From contig JBMFRB010000006.1 in NCBI GenBank assembly GCA_049968255.1, forward strand, positions 1,034-65,033: DNA of 64,000 nt, written 5' to 3'. This stretch comes from Candidatus Sumerlaeaceae bacterium (lineage in GTDB: Bacteria; Sumerlaeota; Sumerlaeia; Sumerlaeales; Sumerlaeaceae). Positions 1 through 10,928 of this stretch are shown one piece after another (position 1 is the stretch's first letter; every line of letters starts with the position of its first letter). Below the pieces are notes generated by a model. It did no database searches and was not told the DNA's origin. It was given only the letters and a program-made list of their open reading frames with translations. The translations under genes were made by a program, and so were the position numbers.

Positions 1-338
1 CGCAGCTTACAGACAATGGCACGAATGGCGATGCTGTCGCGGGCGACAACATCTACACGATCGTGTTCCCTGGCTCCATCGTTCCAGCGATGAGCGGCAA
101 GAACTGGAAGGCCACTGGTGGAAACTGGGATTGGCAATACGGGTCGCCGAATAACGGTTTCACGTACAAGGGCAACAACCCGAACATGACGCTAAACACT
201 GTTGCGGGTCAGGACCTCGTGTTCAAGGTGGATGCTATCACTGGTCGTGCGGGCTATGGGCAACCGACGTTGGCTGATCCAACTCGGCCGGCTCAGTTGA
301 ACAACAATTCGGGTGTGGCTGACTGGCAGCTGTTCTAA
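1..338 (+). CDS. C-terminal part (5'-truncated) of a secreted/surface protein with a choice-of-anchor-X-like motif
   Basis: Frame 3 is open from nt 3: QLTDNGTNGDAVAGDNIYT...NNNSGVADWQLF*. The LxDxGxxGDxxAxDxIYT motif resembles choice-of-anchor X domains. A terminator follows. Confidence 0.75.
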   Translation, partial: QLTDNGTNGDAVAGDNIYTIVFPGSIVPAMSGKNWKATGGNWDWQYGSPNNGFTYKGNNPNMTLNTVAGQDLVFKVDAITGRAGYGQPTLADPTRPAQLNNNSGVADWQLF

Positions 339-397
339 TCGCGCAAAAAGTGTCTGGAGCTCGTGAAGAGCGACAGGCGCGAAGGCGATGATAAGAG

Positions 398-437
398 CCC
401 GCCGCTGACTCGCGGGAGTGAGCGGCGGGTTTTCTTT
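398..437 (+). terminator. Rho-independent terminator
   Basis: CCCGCCGCT(G)ACTC-GCGG-GAGT(G)AGCGGCGGG stem followed by TTTTCTTT, about 60 nt after the stop at 338. Confidence 0.85.
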
Positions 438-755
438 GTCTTCGATCTGCACTTGCCTATCCCACCACCATTGCGAGGGTGCGAGACATGATCGCCATCC
501 GCTCGCGCTATGGGCTACGAAATCCCCCTGAGCGGAGCCAAGATTTGCCTCGCGGTGGCCATTTGAAAACTGCACGCGGGAGCATTTGTGCGAGAGTTGG
601 GCCTCGCTGGGAATCGGTTATGCGATTGGCGAAGGCGCCTGCTGTGGATGGTACTCGTGGGACTGGACTTTGCCGCGGCTGAGGCCGCGCTTGACATGAG
701 CGGCGCTAGATAAAACGTTGCCAATGAAGCGATTCAATCACAGAGCACTTGCTGA

Positions 756-2084
<1,329 letters not shown>

Positions 2085-2160
2085 GGCCACTGCACGCCAC
2101 GCAGCCCGGCGCTCGAAGTGAATGCCGCGGCCTAAGCGGAAGTAAGCTCGCCATAGAACG

Positions 2161-2733
2161 ATGGCACGACTGAAAATTCTTCACTATGGACATCCGCTGC
2201 TGCGCGAAAAGGCATTTGATTTGAAGAAAGTGGGCCGGCGCGAGCGCGAGCTCATCGAGGCGATGGCCGAGACGATGTATGCAGCGCATGGGATCGGGCT
2301 TGCCGCGACGCAAGTGGGCGTGCTGGAGCGGCTTTTTCTCGTGGATGTGGATCAAGAGCATGATGACCCAGCGACGCGGCGGTTGCAGGTCTTCATCAAT
2401 CCTGAAATCGTGTGGGAGAGCGAGGAAGATGCGCCGTTCGAGGAAGGATGCCTGAGCATCCCCGGAGTGAACGGAGAAGTCTATCGCCCGAAGCGGGTGA
2501 AAGTTGTCGCGCGCGACGAGAACTTCGAACCTTTCGAGCTGGAAGCGGACGAGCTGCTGGCGCGCGTAATCCAGCATGAGTACGACCATCTCAACGGCAT
2601 CCTTTTTGTGGACCGACTGGCGCTGCTTCATCGGACGAAAGTGGCGGGGCAACTTTCGAAGATCAAACAGGCAGCGCTCGACGAGCTCGCCATGCTGACT
2701 GGCGCGGAGTACCCTCTGCTGGTCGAGACATAA
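2161..2733 (+). CDS. def: Peptide deformylase
   Basis: GIGLAATQVG, EGCLSIPG and QHEYDHLNG motifs. Confidence 0.97.
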   Translation: MARLKILHYGHPLLREKAFDLKKVGRRERELIEAMAETMYAAHGIGLAATQVGVLERLFLVDVDQEHDDPATRRLQVFINPEIVWESEEDAPFEEGCLSIPGVNGEVYRPKRVKVVARDENFEPFELEADELLARVIQHEYDHLNGILFVDRLALLHRTKVAGQLSKIKQAALDELAMLTGAEYPLLVET

Positions 2734-2848
2734 GGATGAGCTCGCGACGCCATCACGGGCGAAATGATGGTGCTGGCGGCGTTTCTCGCAGTTGGGGATC
2801 GTGTGCACGACCACGACGCATTTTTCTCTTTTTATCGATTGAAATGCC

Positions 2849-3643
2849 GTGACGCACCACGCCTTATGGTGCGCAATGGTAGCGCGTTCACAGGGGTCAA
2901 AGGATTGCAACGCCGCGGCTGAAGGGCCGCAATTGAGCCTGATTATTCCAGCATTTAACGAGGAGCGGCGCCTCAGGGAATCGCTGCCCACTGCGCTGCA
3001 ATACCTCGAACGCCAGCCATACTCCTGGGAAGTGGTGGTGGTGGACGACGGAAGCCGCGACGCAACATCGCAAGTGGTGCGCGAATTGGCAGCGGGGCGC
3101 TCAAACGTGCGGGTCCTGCGCAATGAGCCGAATCGCGGGAAGGGCTATTCGATCCGGCGAGGAATGCTCGAGGCGCATGGTCGTTACCGCCTTTTTAGCG
3201 ATGCGGATTTTTCCACGCCCATTGATGAGGTTGAGAAATTTTGGGCTGCAGTGGCTGATGGCTACGATGTGGTGATCGGTTCACGCGGATTGGCGGAGTC
3301 GCAGCTTTTGGTGCGACAGAATATCATGCGCGAAACGATGGGGCGCATTTTCAACTTTCTCGTGCGGGCCATGCTGATTCCTGGCATTCGCGACACGCAG
3401 TGTGGTTTTAAAATGTTTTCTGCTCGTGCGGCGCAGAGTGTGTTTCCACGTCAGACGCTCGATGGTTTTTCGTTCGATGTTGAGATCCTTTATTTGGCGC
3501 TTCAGCAGGGCTTCCGAATCAAAGAAGTTCCCATCCGTTGGATCAATTCGCCGGCAACGAAGGTCTCGCCTCTGCGTGATGCAACGAGGATGTTTTTCGA
3601 TCTGCTGAGAATTCGCTTCAGGCGGCGCCAATCTTCAGAGTGA
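2849..3643 (+). CDS. GT2 polyprenyl/dolichyl-phosphate glycosyltransferase (Alg5/DPM-like)
   Basis: LIIPAFNEE, VVVDDGSRD, NRGKG, FSDAD, RDTQCGFK, FDVEIL, EVPIRW. Start uncertain (alternative ATG 2876). Confidence 0.88.
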   Translation: MTHHALWCAMVARSQGSKDCNAAAEGPQLSLIIPAFNEERRLRESLPTALQYLERQPYSWEVVVVDDGSRDATSQVVRELAAGRSNVRVLRNEPNRGKGYSIRRGMLEAHGRYRLFSDADFSTPIDEVEKFWAAVADGYDVVIGSRGLAESQLLVRQNIMRETMGRIFNFLVRAMLIPGIRDTQCGFKMFSARAAQSVFPRQTLDGFSFDVEILYLALQQGFRIKEVPIRWINSPATKVSPLRDATRMFFDLLRIRFRRRQSSE

Positions 3644-3684
3644 GCATGGATGGAGCCGCATCTGCGAGGTAAGCCCGACGGCAC

Positions 3685-5148
3685 GTGATTTTCGGCAAAC
3701 TCACATCTCGGGTTGCGCTGGTGGCAGCAGGTCGGCTTGCCGTGCCTGCGGCAGCGTTGGCCACAAACATGATCCTTGCGCGCGTCCTAGCGCGCGAAGC
3801 TTTGGGACGCCTGCAGGAGGTGAGCGTTCACCTTCAGATTGTTCTCAACATCGCCACAGTGGTGATTCAGACGACACTTTACAATTTTCTCCCGCGTGTG
3901 GCACCTGCTCAGCGGCGATCATTCTTGCGCCGGAATGCGGGGGCAGTGATTGTGGCCGCGGCTATCGTGAGCGGGACGGTCTATCTTGGGGCGGAGCCGA
4001 TCGCATGGTGGGTGGGCGAAGCGGCTAACACGCCACTCGTGCGAGCTGCGGCAGTGGCGTTGTTCGTAAGCATTGTGGCAACATTGGCTGATCCGATTTT
4101 TATTGTGCATGAGAGGGGCGATCTGAGTGCAGCAACCACAGTGCTTGGAGCTGCCGTACAGGTGGGATGTGTGGCCGCACTCGTGCGAGATGACGGCCGG
4201 CTCATTTATTTCTTTTGGGCGATTGCGGTGGGGCAGGTTTTGCGCCTTGTTTGGGGGGGGACCTTTGCCAGATGTCATCTTCCGCGCGGGGAGGAAGAGC
4301 CTGCGCCGTCTGAGATTTTTGCACAAGAGCTTGCATTCATGGGACCTGTGGCCCTGACGGCAGCATTGGACACTGTGTCGAGCAACCTCGATCGCGTGCT
4401 TGTGGCTCGACTGTTCGATCCGGCCGCAATGGCGGCTTACACGTTGGGGGCGGTCGAACTGCCCTTTATCGGGGTGCTGATGGGGGCGGTGACAGCCGTG
4501 TTGTTGCCCAACTTGGCGGAGAAGTTGGCGAGAGGCGAATTTGGCCAGGTGCGGGAGACGTGGGCACGGGCGGTGCGCAAAGGCGCGGTGATCTTGTTTG
4601 GCCTGTTCTGGCTTTTTCTCTGGATTGCCGAGGAGTTCATGACACTGCTCTTTTCCTCGCGCTACACGGAGAGCGCGACGTATTTTCGGGTTTATCTTCT
4701 GCTTCTGCCAATGCGAGCGATCGCGTTCATGCCAATTCTCTACGCGCTAGGCAAGGCAACGACAGTACTCGTGGGGGCAGCGGGAGATCTGGTGCTCAAT
4801 CTTGCGCTATCGCTGGTGTTCATCAAAGTGTTGGGACTGGATGTGGCGGGAGCGGCATGGGGCACTGTGGCCGCCACAATTTTGCAGTCGGTTTTTTATT
4901 TGGCGGCTGTTCGGAGCGCAATGAAAACGAGCTGGGACGCGCTGCTACCGTGGCGTGCCTTGGCGCGGGATTTTCTCCTGGCGGGCGTGTGGATGCTGCC
5001 ACTGGCCGGAGTACGGCTGTTCACGGCTCCTCACTGGGTGAGATTGGGTGTGGCGATGCTCCTGGGCACATGCTATGCCGCTTTCGTTGTGCTGCCTCAA
5101 CTTCGTCACGCCGGCGACGCCGAAGACACAAATCGCTGCACGATGTAA
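3685..5148 (+). CDS. Oligosaccharide/polysaccharide flippase (Wzx/MOP superfamily)
   Basis: 487 aa with about 12-14 hydrophobic segments; LDRVLVARLF..AMAAYTLG pattern typical of the Wzx C-terminal half; directly follows the GT2 gene. Confidence 0.8.
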   Translation: MIFGKLTSRVALVAAGRLAVPAAALATNMILARVLAREALGRLQEVSVHLQIVLNIATVVIQTTLYNFLPRVAPAQRRSFLRRNAGAVIVAAAIVSGTVYLGAEPIAWWVGEAANTPLVRAAAVALFVSIVATLADPIFIVHERGDLSAATTVLGAAVQVGCVAALVRDDGRLIYFFWAIAVGQVLRLVWGGTFARCHLPRGEEEPAPSEIFAQELAFMGPVALTAALDTVSSNLDRVLVARLFDPAAMAAYTLGAVELPFIGVLMGAVTAVLLPNLAEKLARGEFGQVRETWARAVRKGAVILFGLFWLFLWIAEEFMTLLFSSRYTESATYFRVYLLLLPMRAIAFMPILYALGKATTVLVGAAGDLVLNLALSLVFIKVLGLDVAGAAWGTVAATILQSVFYLAAVRSAMKTSWDALLPWRALARDFLLAGVWMLPLAGVRLFTAPHWVRLGVAMLLGTCYAAFVVLPQLRHAGDAEDTNRCTM

Positions 5149-5191
5149 ATGATAAGAGTGTCAACAAAGTTCGTTCGGAGACGGAGCGGCG

Positions 5192-6403
5192 GTGACGTTT
5201 CAGATCATCCACAACGTCCGTGTGTGGGGCAAACCCGATGAGGAATCGCTAAAGCAAATTATTCGGTGCGCGTCGTCGGGCGACGCGAAACGCGCGTGCC
5301 TGATGGCGGACCATCACAAGGGCTACTCACAACCGATTGGCGGGGTCGTGGCCTATCGCAACATGATCTCGCCCTCTGGCGTGGGCTACGACATCGCGTG
5401 TGGAAACAAGGCGGTGCGCACGAACCTTTACATCGAAGACATTCGCTCGAAAATTCCACACATCGCGGATCTCATCGCGAAGAACATTGAGTTCGGGCTT
5501 GGCCGCAAGAATCCGGAGCCTATTGACCATCCACTTTTTGAAAGCCCAACATGGCGCGACGTTCCAGAACTGCGCAAGCTCAAAGATTTGGCATACGAGC
5601 AGCTTGGCACAGTGGGGGCGGGAAATCACTATGTGGACGTGTTTGTGGAGGAAGTGACCGGCGAGATTTGGGTGGGTGTGCATTTTGGCAGCCGTGGCTT
5701 CGGCCATAAGGTAGCTACTGGCTTTCTGAACCTTGCCCATGGTCGCCCCTTTGATGCGCCCGCGCGCGGCGATCACATGGACGCGCCGCCGACGTTGCTG
5801 AAGGTGGATTCGCCGCTGGGTCAAGCGTATCTGGCAGCGATGAAACTCGCGGGTGCCTACGCCTACGCAGGACGCGATTACGTGGTGAACAAGGTGCTCG
5901 AGCTTTTGGGGGCCAGAGCAACGTACGAAGTGCACAATCATCACAATTTCGCGTGGAAAGAGCGTCACGGCGCTGAGGACGTGTACGTGATTCGCAAAGG
6001 AGCTACACCGTGTTTCCCGGGACAAGAGTCGTTCATCGGCGGCTCGATGGGTGACATCAGTGTGATCGTGAGGGGGAAGGACTCGCCGGAGGCCCAGGAG
6101 GCGCTCTACTCTACAGTGCACGGAGCCGGCCGGATCATGAGTCGTAGGCAAGCAGCCGGCAAGATGGTGTGGCGGAAAAAGCGGCGCGTGGGAGGGGCCA
6201 TCAGCGAGGAAAGGATGCGGCGGGCAGTGGAAGAATTTGGCGTGGAGCTGCGAGGCGGGGCGCCGGACGAAGCGCCTTTTGTCTATCGGAAACTGTCAGA
6301 CGTGCTGGCAGCACACGCTGAGACCATCGAGATCCTCCATGTGCTGAAACCGATTATCGTGGTGATGGCGGGACCAGACATTGTGGACCCGTATCGGGAT
6401 TGA
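5192..6403 (+). CDS. rtcB: RtcB-family RNA 3'-phosphate/5'-OH ligase
   Basis: ADHHKG..PIGG, VGYDIACG, GTVGAGNHY, HFGSRG, HNHHN, RKGAT, GSMG, HGAGR, DEAP..Y motifs. Confidence 0.93.
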   Translation: MTFQIIHNVRVWGKPDEESLKQIIRCASSGDAKRACLMADHHKGYSQPIGGVVAYRNMISPSGVGYDIACGNKAVRTNLYIEDIRSKIPHIADLIAKNIEFGLGRKNPEPIDHPLFESPTWRDVPELRKLKDLAYEQLGTVGAGNHYVDVFVEEVTGEIWVGVHFGSRGFGHKVATGFLNLAHGRPFDAPARGDHMDAPPTLLKVDSPLGQAYLAAMKLAGAYAYAGRDYVVNKVLELLGARATYEVHNHHNFAWKERHGAEDVYVIRKGATPCFPGQESFIGGSMGDISVIVRGKDSPEAQEALYSTVHGAGRIMSRRQAAGKMVWRKKRRVGGAISEERMRRAVEEFGVELRGGAPDEAPFVYRKLSDVLAAHAETIEILHVLKPIIVVMAGPDIVDPYRD

Positions 6404-6615
6404 CGACACAAAAGTGGGGGGCTTGTATGGATGATTTTTTGCTTGATTCCGTTAGAGGGATGGGACGGAGTGCGTTGAAGTAACCCCTAAGTTCTTCTGG
6501 GAGCCAAGCAAAACTGGGGCGGGCCAATACGCATACCAGCAGCGACACGGGCACAAGAAGCCGCTTCGTTCCCACCGCGACGCGCTGGCGTGGCATTTAT
6601 GCATTTTACCTTGCT

Positions 6616-9600
6616 ATGTGGAGCGCGCTTGCGACGGTGGGCCTGCTTGTTCTTTTAACGGTACGGGCTGAATTCGCAGATCACGCAAAGCTGCGCGAAG
6701 TTCAATGGAACCTCTACGAGAGCCGGAATCAAGCGGCAAATCTGCTTATCGCCATCCAGCAATTCGAACGCACGGGGAACTGGTTGGTGCTCTCCGCCGC
6801 ATTGGAACACCCGATCTCAAAGGTCGTGTCCAGCATTCATCCCTATGTGGAAGAGAAAGGAGCCAAAGTTCAGCGGAAGGCTTACCATGATTTGATGGCG
6901 TTAGCTAACGAAGCAGAGACAAGCATCGCCTACGCCTTGGCGCTGCATCTTCGCGGGCTAGAACTGAGTGAACAACAGATCCCCGCCGAATTGCGCAATT
7001 TTCGGCTTTCCGAGAGCGACGCTGCTAGCACACCTGTGGTGAAGCTGGCTCGGGCACGGGAGCTTCTCCTCGACCGCAACTTGGCGTTTTCCCTGATTCG
7101 TTATCGTTCGCTGGTGGATAGCTTTGCGGATATTGTGTACCGAGATTTTCAGGAGCGCCTGGATCGCCGCAACCGCATTATCAATGCATGCGGCGCTGGG
7201 TTCATCCTCATTCTTTTGTTGGGTTTGCTGCTGCCTGCCTATGTGCGTGCACTCGAACGACGTGCGGCAGAGTTCAACCGGACAATGGTTGAGCTGGGTG
7301 AGCGCATGGGGAGTTTGGGGTCACTTGATGAGGCCGTGCACGTGCTAGCCAAGGCGACGGAAAAGCTAATCGGGTGGGATGCGTTTGGAGTATCGCTCTA
7401 CGACATGCAGGCGGGAGAAATCAATGACTTACTGTGGATTGATACGTTTGATGGCAAAAAGCAGGAGTTCACCGAAACCGGGAGGCCGCGCCGTCCTGTC
7501 ACTCCTCTTCAGCGCCGCGTTTTGAGAGGGGAATCGTTGCTCTTTGCCGGTCCGCTTCACCAGGATTTCTCACGAGAGAAAATTGGCAACAAGCAGCGCA
7601 TTTCCCAATCGCTGATGTTTGTCCCCATCCGGCGTGGAGAAAGAATTCTCGGGTTTGTCACCTTGCAAAGCTACAAGCCCTACGCTTACTCCGAGCGGAG
7701 CCTGGCCTTTTTGGAGTGGCTGGTGGCGAGATTTGCCGGGGCGATCGAGCGCGCAGATCTCATCGAAAAGTATAAACTCAGTGAGCAACGTTACCGCCAG
7801 CTCGTCGAGACGACGCTCGATGGTGTATTCGTGATAGACTTAGAAAATGTTTATTTTGTTAATTCTGCTTTTGTCCGAATTTTCGGTTACGATTCTCGGG
7901 AAGAGATCATTGGCAAACTCAAACTGATAGAGTTGGTTAGCCCAGTTGATCGCGAATTAGTTCGCAAGCTGGCCAGCGAACGATTGGAGGGAAAACACCC
8001 AGAGCAAACGTTCTGCTGGCGGGGACTTCGCAAAGATGGTAGAGAAATTGTTGTCGAGTCCCTCGGCACAGTGATTGAGTACGAAGGCAAGCGGCGAATC
8101 CTTGGGACGCTCCGAGATGTGACGCAGCGCGAGGAGGCGCGGCGCGAACTTGAAGCCGTGCACCAGCTCTATCAGCGGGCAATCGCAGCGGCAGGAGCGG
8201 TGCCCTATCGGCTGAATTTCCAAACCGGGCGTTTCGAGTTTCCGAGCACAGCTATCGAGGAACTCACTGGCTTTAAGGGCGAAGAACTGACTTGGGGGGT
8301 CTTCTCACAACAGATCGTGGCCACCAATGTTATCTACCCCTCATCAGAGTTGGAGCAGGCGCAGATCATCAGGCAGTTAGAAGAAATGCTACCGCTTGAA
8401 CAGCTCGAGCAGGCCAGAGAACTTCGTCATTTGATAGAGGGTGAAGCCAACCTTTACCGCGCTGAAATCCTCTTCCAACGAAAGGACGGACGTAGAGTCT
8501 GGCTGCTGAATTCGGCCGTTATGGAGGAGGATGAGACGGGCCGAGTGGTGGCAAGTCTAGGAATTCTGCAGGATATCACTCCCACAAAACGCCTTCAGCT
8601 GCAGACCGATGTTGCAGCCCAGCTCACGCGGCGCCTAGCAAGCGCTCCGTCGCTCGCAGAAGCAGGGAAAATGTTTGTGGAGGAGGCGCGGCGACTGTTC
8701 GAGTTCGATGCCGCCAGCGTCGCGATCTATGACCCTGTTTTCGACAGATTTTCGACGGTCTACGCGGAGGACACCATTGGAGGTGTTCGCCAGGAGGTGA
8801 AAGCTCCGGAAAAACCATCGGTGGCGGCTCGTCGAGTTCTTGAAGGCAAGCCCTACCTTTTGGTCCGGCGAGATCCGGAGGAGAGTGCTGAGGACCACAT
8901 TCCGTTCGGTGACACATCCAGGCGCTCAATGTCCATCATGGCTGTACCACTTCGACACGGCAGCCGAGTCCTGGGCATGGTGACGCTGCACAGTTACGGC
9001 CCCCATGCATTCGATATGTATGACCTGACCGATCTTTGCGCATTGGCCGATCATTTTGCAGTGATACTCGAGCACATTCAGCTTTTCCAGCGTCTGGCGG
9101 AAAGCGAAGAACAATTGCGAGCTGTGTGGGAGAATGCGGCGGTAGGCATTCGGCTGACGGATTCCGAAGGGATTGTATGGCTTGTCAATCCGCACTATTG
9201 CCAAATCGTTGGGAAGAATGAGGAGGAGCTGATCGGAAAACCATTTTCCATTGTTTACTCGGAAAGAGAGCGGGAGCGCTTGATGACTGCTTATCGGAAA
9301 CGCTGGGAAGAAAAAAGCTTTCCGGAAGAAATGGTTTGCGAACTGGAGCTTTGGAATGGCCAAATCAAAATTCTCATGGGAACCAACAGGTTCGTACACA
9401 CGCGCGATGGGATGATGCTGCTGACCTTATTGAGCGACCGCACCCGGGAGATTCGCCTGCAACGCGAGCTCGAGAAAAAGCAAAAGGAGCTGGAGCAACT
9501 GGCCACGCACGATCCTCTGACCGGCCTGAAGAATCGGCGATTGGCATTACAGCTTCTAGAGCATGAAATCGAGCGCGCCCGGCGCTATCGCCTCCCAATT

Positions 9601-9993
9601 TGCGTGCTGATGATTGATTTGGACCATTTCAAGTTAGTGAACGACACTTACGGACATCTTGCAGGGGACGAAGTTCTGCGGCAATTCGCGCGGATTTTGG
9701 AGAAAAACAGCCGCGCTGTGGATATCGTAGCCCGCTACGGCGGCGAGGAATTCATGGTGGCGATGCCAGAGACCGGCCTGGAGGGGGCATTGGTTTTTGC
9801 GGAGCGCGTGAGGAACTCCGTGGAGAAGCACAAATTTGACATTGGCCAGGGGTGTTGTGTCCATATCACATGCAGCATCGGGGTCACGCAGGGGGAACTG
9901 GAGCTGCTTGAAATTAACACCTTGCTGGCCCTCGCCGATAGGGCGCTCTATCGCGCTAAAGAGGAAGGACGAAACCGGATCAGCGTGGCCTAG
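6616..9993 (+). CDS. Membrane-anchored diguanylate cyclase with GAF and PAS sensors
   Basis: Two TM segments, GAF (SLMFVPIRRGERILGFVTLQS), PAS/PAC, second GAF, PAS, then GGDEF (HDPLTGLKNRR, IDLDHFKLVNDTYGH, RAVD I-site, ARYGGEEF). Confidence 0.93.
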   Translation: MWSALATVGLLVLLTVRAEFADHAKLREVQWNLYESRNQAANLLIAIQQFERTGNWLVLSAALEHPISKVVSSIHPYVEEKGAKVQRKAYHDLMALANEAETSIAYALALHLRGLELSEQQIPAELRNFRLSESDAASTPVVKLARARELLLDRNLAFSLIRYRSLVDSFADIVYRDFQERLDRRNRIINACGAGFILILLLGLLLPAYVRALERRAAEFNRTMVELGERMGSLGSLDEAVHVLAKATEKLIGWDAFGVSLYDMQAGEINDLLWIDTFDGKKQEFTETGRPRRPVTPLQRRVLRGESLLFAGPLHQDFSREKIGNKQRISQSLMFVPIRRGERILGFVTLQSYKPYAYSERSLAFLEWLVARFAGAIERADLIEKYKLSEQRYRQLVETTLDGVFVIDLENVYFVNSAFVRIFGYDSREEIIGKLKLIELVSPVDRELVRKLASERLEGKHPEQTFCWRGLRKDGREIVVESLGTVIEYEGKRRILGTLRDVTQREEARRELEAVHQLYQRAIAAAGAVPYRLNFQTGRFEFPSTAIEELTGFKGEELTWGVFSQQIVATNVIYPSSELEQAQIIRQLEEMLPLEQLEQARELRHLIEGEANLYRAEILFQRKDGRRVWLLNSAVMEEDETGRVVASLGILQDITPTKRLQLQTDVAAQLTRRLASAPSLAEAGKMFVEEARRLFEFDAASVAIYDPVFDRFSTVYAEDTIGGVRQEVKAPEKPSVAARRVLEGKPYLLVRRDPEESAEDHIPFGDTSRRSMSIMAVPLRHGSRVLGMVTLHSYGPHAFDMYDLTDLCALADHFAVILEHIQLFQRLAESEEQLRAVWENAAVGIRLTDSEGIVWLVNPHYCQIVGKNEEELIGKPFSIVYSERERERLMTAYRKRWEEKSFPEEMVCELELWNGQIKILMGTNRFVHTRDGMMLLTLLSDRTREIRLQRELEKKQKELEQLATHDPLTGLKNRRLALQLLEHEIERARRYRLPICVLMIDLDHFKLVNDTYGHLAGDEVLRQFARILEKNSRAVDIVARYGGEEFMVAMPETGLEGALVFAERVRNSVEKHKFDIGQGCCVHITCSIGVTQGELELLEINTLLALADRALYRAKEEGRNRISVA

Positions 9994-10339
9994 CAAGACA
10001 TGCGTCTGATTCGTGGCTGGGTAAAAAGCAGTCAGGCTTGATGGAGGCGGAAATTGTCACCGCGCGCAAGATCTCACTTTTGGGCGCTGCCGCAGTCATC
10101 TTGCGGTTAGATTGTTGAAAGAGGTTTAGGGAAAAACTCCTGGTTGGCCGGAGACAAGCGATGGGGGGATTCTCGATGATCCTCCTGGAGAGGGGCGGCG
10201 TCAAAAGTCCACAAGCCCTACAGGAGTGGTGCTCTCCGAGATTACGTCGAATCGAGCAGCAGGACATTCGGAAAGCCGGCGGACAACCCCAGGAACAAGC
10301 ACTCTTATGATCTGTGACCTTCTGAAGGTCATCGCAGAA

Positions 10340-10377
10340 AAGAAAAGGAGTACGACCGGCCTTTTACAAAGGGGCCG
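10340..10377 (-). terminator. Possible weak terminator for the 10394..10816 gene
   Basis: CGGCC(CC)TTT-GTA-AAAGGCCG bulged hairpin; the T-rich tract is offset by about 8 nt. Confidence 0.3.
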
Positions 10378-10393
10378 TGATTATCTGTGCGGT

Positions 10394-10816
10394 TCAATAC
10401 TCGATGGAGACCGTAGTGACGGGCGGCGCGCCAAGATTCCGGAGGGAAGCGACTGCGGTTTCGCCGCCAGGGACAGGCGGATAAACTGGCGGATGGGTGT
10501 AGGGAACTTTGTGAACGAAACTCACGTATTGAGGCACGCGTGGTGCCGAATTGAAATCGTTGGTGAGGCCCCACGTGGCTGTGTAAGTATAACCACGTGA
10601 AGCATACTTAGGCATGATGTACGAGTCAGCGGCGACGAGGCTTGTAGCACGGGTCCAAAAACCGAAACCACCACGAGCACGCGGGGCACAAACTTGGTGG
10701 GGTTCGCGCTTGGGGGGAACAAGCGAGGGATTTTCGTTCCAACACACTTGCGCGCTGAGTGTGGCTGCCATCCCGAGGACCGCTACTAATCCCACGCTTA
10801 CCACTGCTTTCTTCAT
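10394..10816 (-). CDS. Hypothetical secreted protein (about 140 aa)
   Basis: Signal peptide MKKAVVSVGLVAVLGMAATLSA-Q from ATG 10816 (ORF track starts at 10864); no family recognised. Confidence 0.75.
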   Translation of the reverse strand: MKKAVVSVGLVAVLGMAATLSAQVCWNENPSLVPPKREPHQVCAPRARGGFGFWTRATSLVAADSYIMPKYASRGYTYTATWGLTNDFNSAPRVPQYVSFVHKVPYTHPPVYPPVPGGETAVASLRNLGAPPVTTVSIEY

Positions 10817-10928
10817 CGTTGCCTGACGCCTCGCCTGTTCGTCGGTTTCTTGATTCGCGTGCAATGAGGTTGGGGGAAATGTGGAAGGTGTGCAATAAGA
10901 AAGTTATGGCTTGGGCGCGCACCATGGT

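Noticed and set aside
2734-2875. Cluster of small hairpins and a T-rich tract between def and the GT2 gene
   Set aside because: Could be a weak terminator or attenuator, but the best stem is not adjacent to the T tract and no known motif is matched.
4253-4260. G8 tract in the flippase gene as a phase-variation site
   Set aside because: Only 8 nt, in frame (W-G-G), and runs of this length are expected by chance in 64 kb at this GC.
9994-10393. 400-nt gap after the diguanylate cyclase checked for a c-di-GMP riboswitch, ncRNA or small ORF
   Set aside because: No GGCAAA/GAAA/GACGCAAA architecture; it lies between convergent 3' ends, and the ORFs there look like chance.
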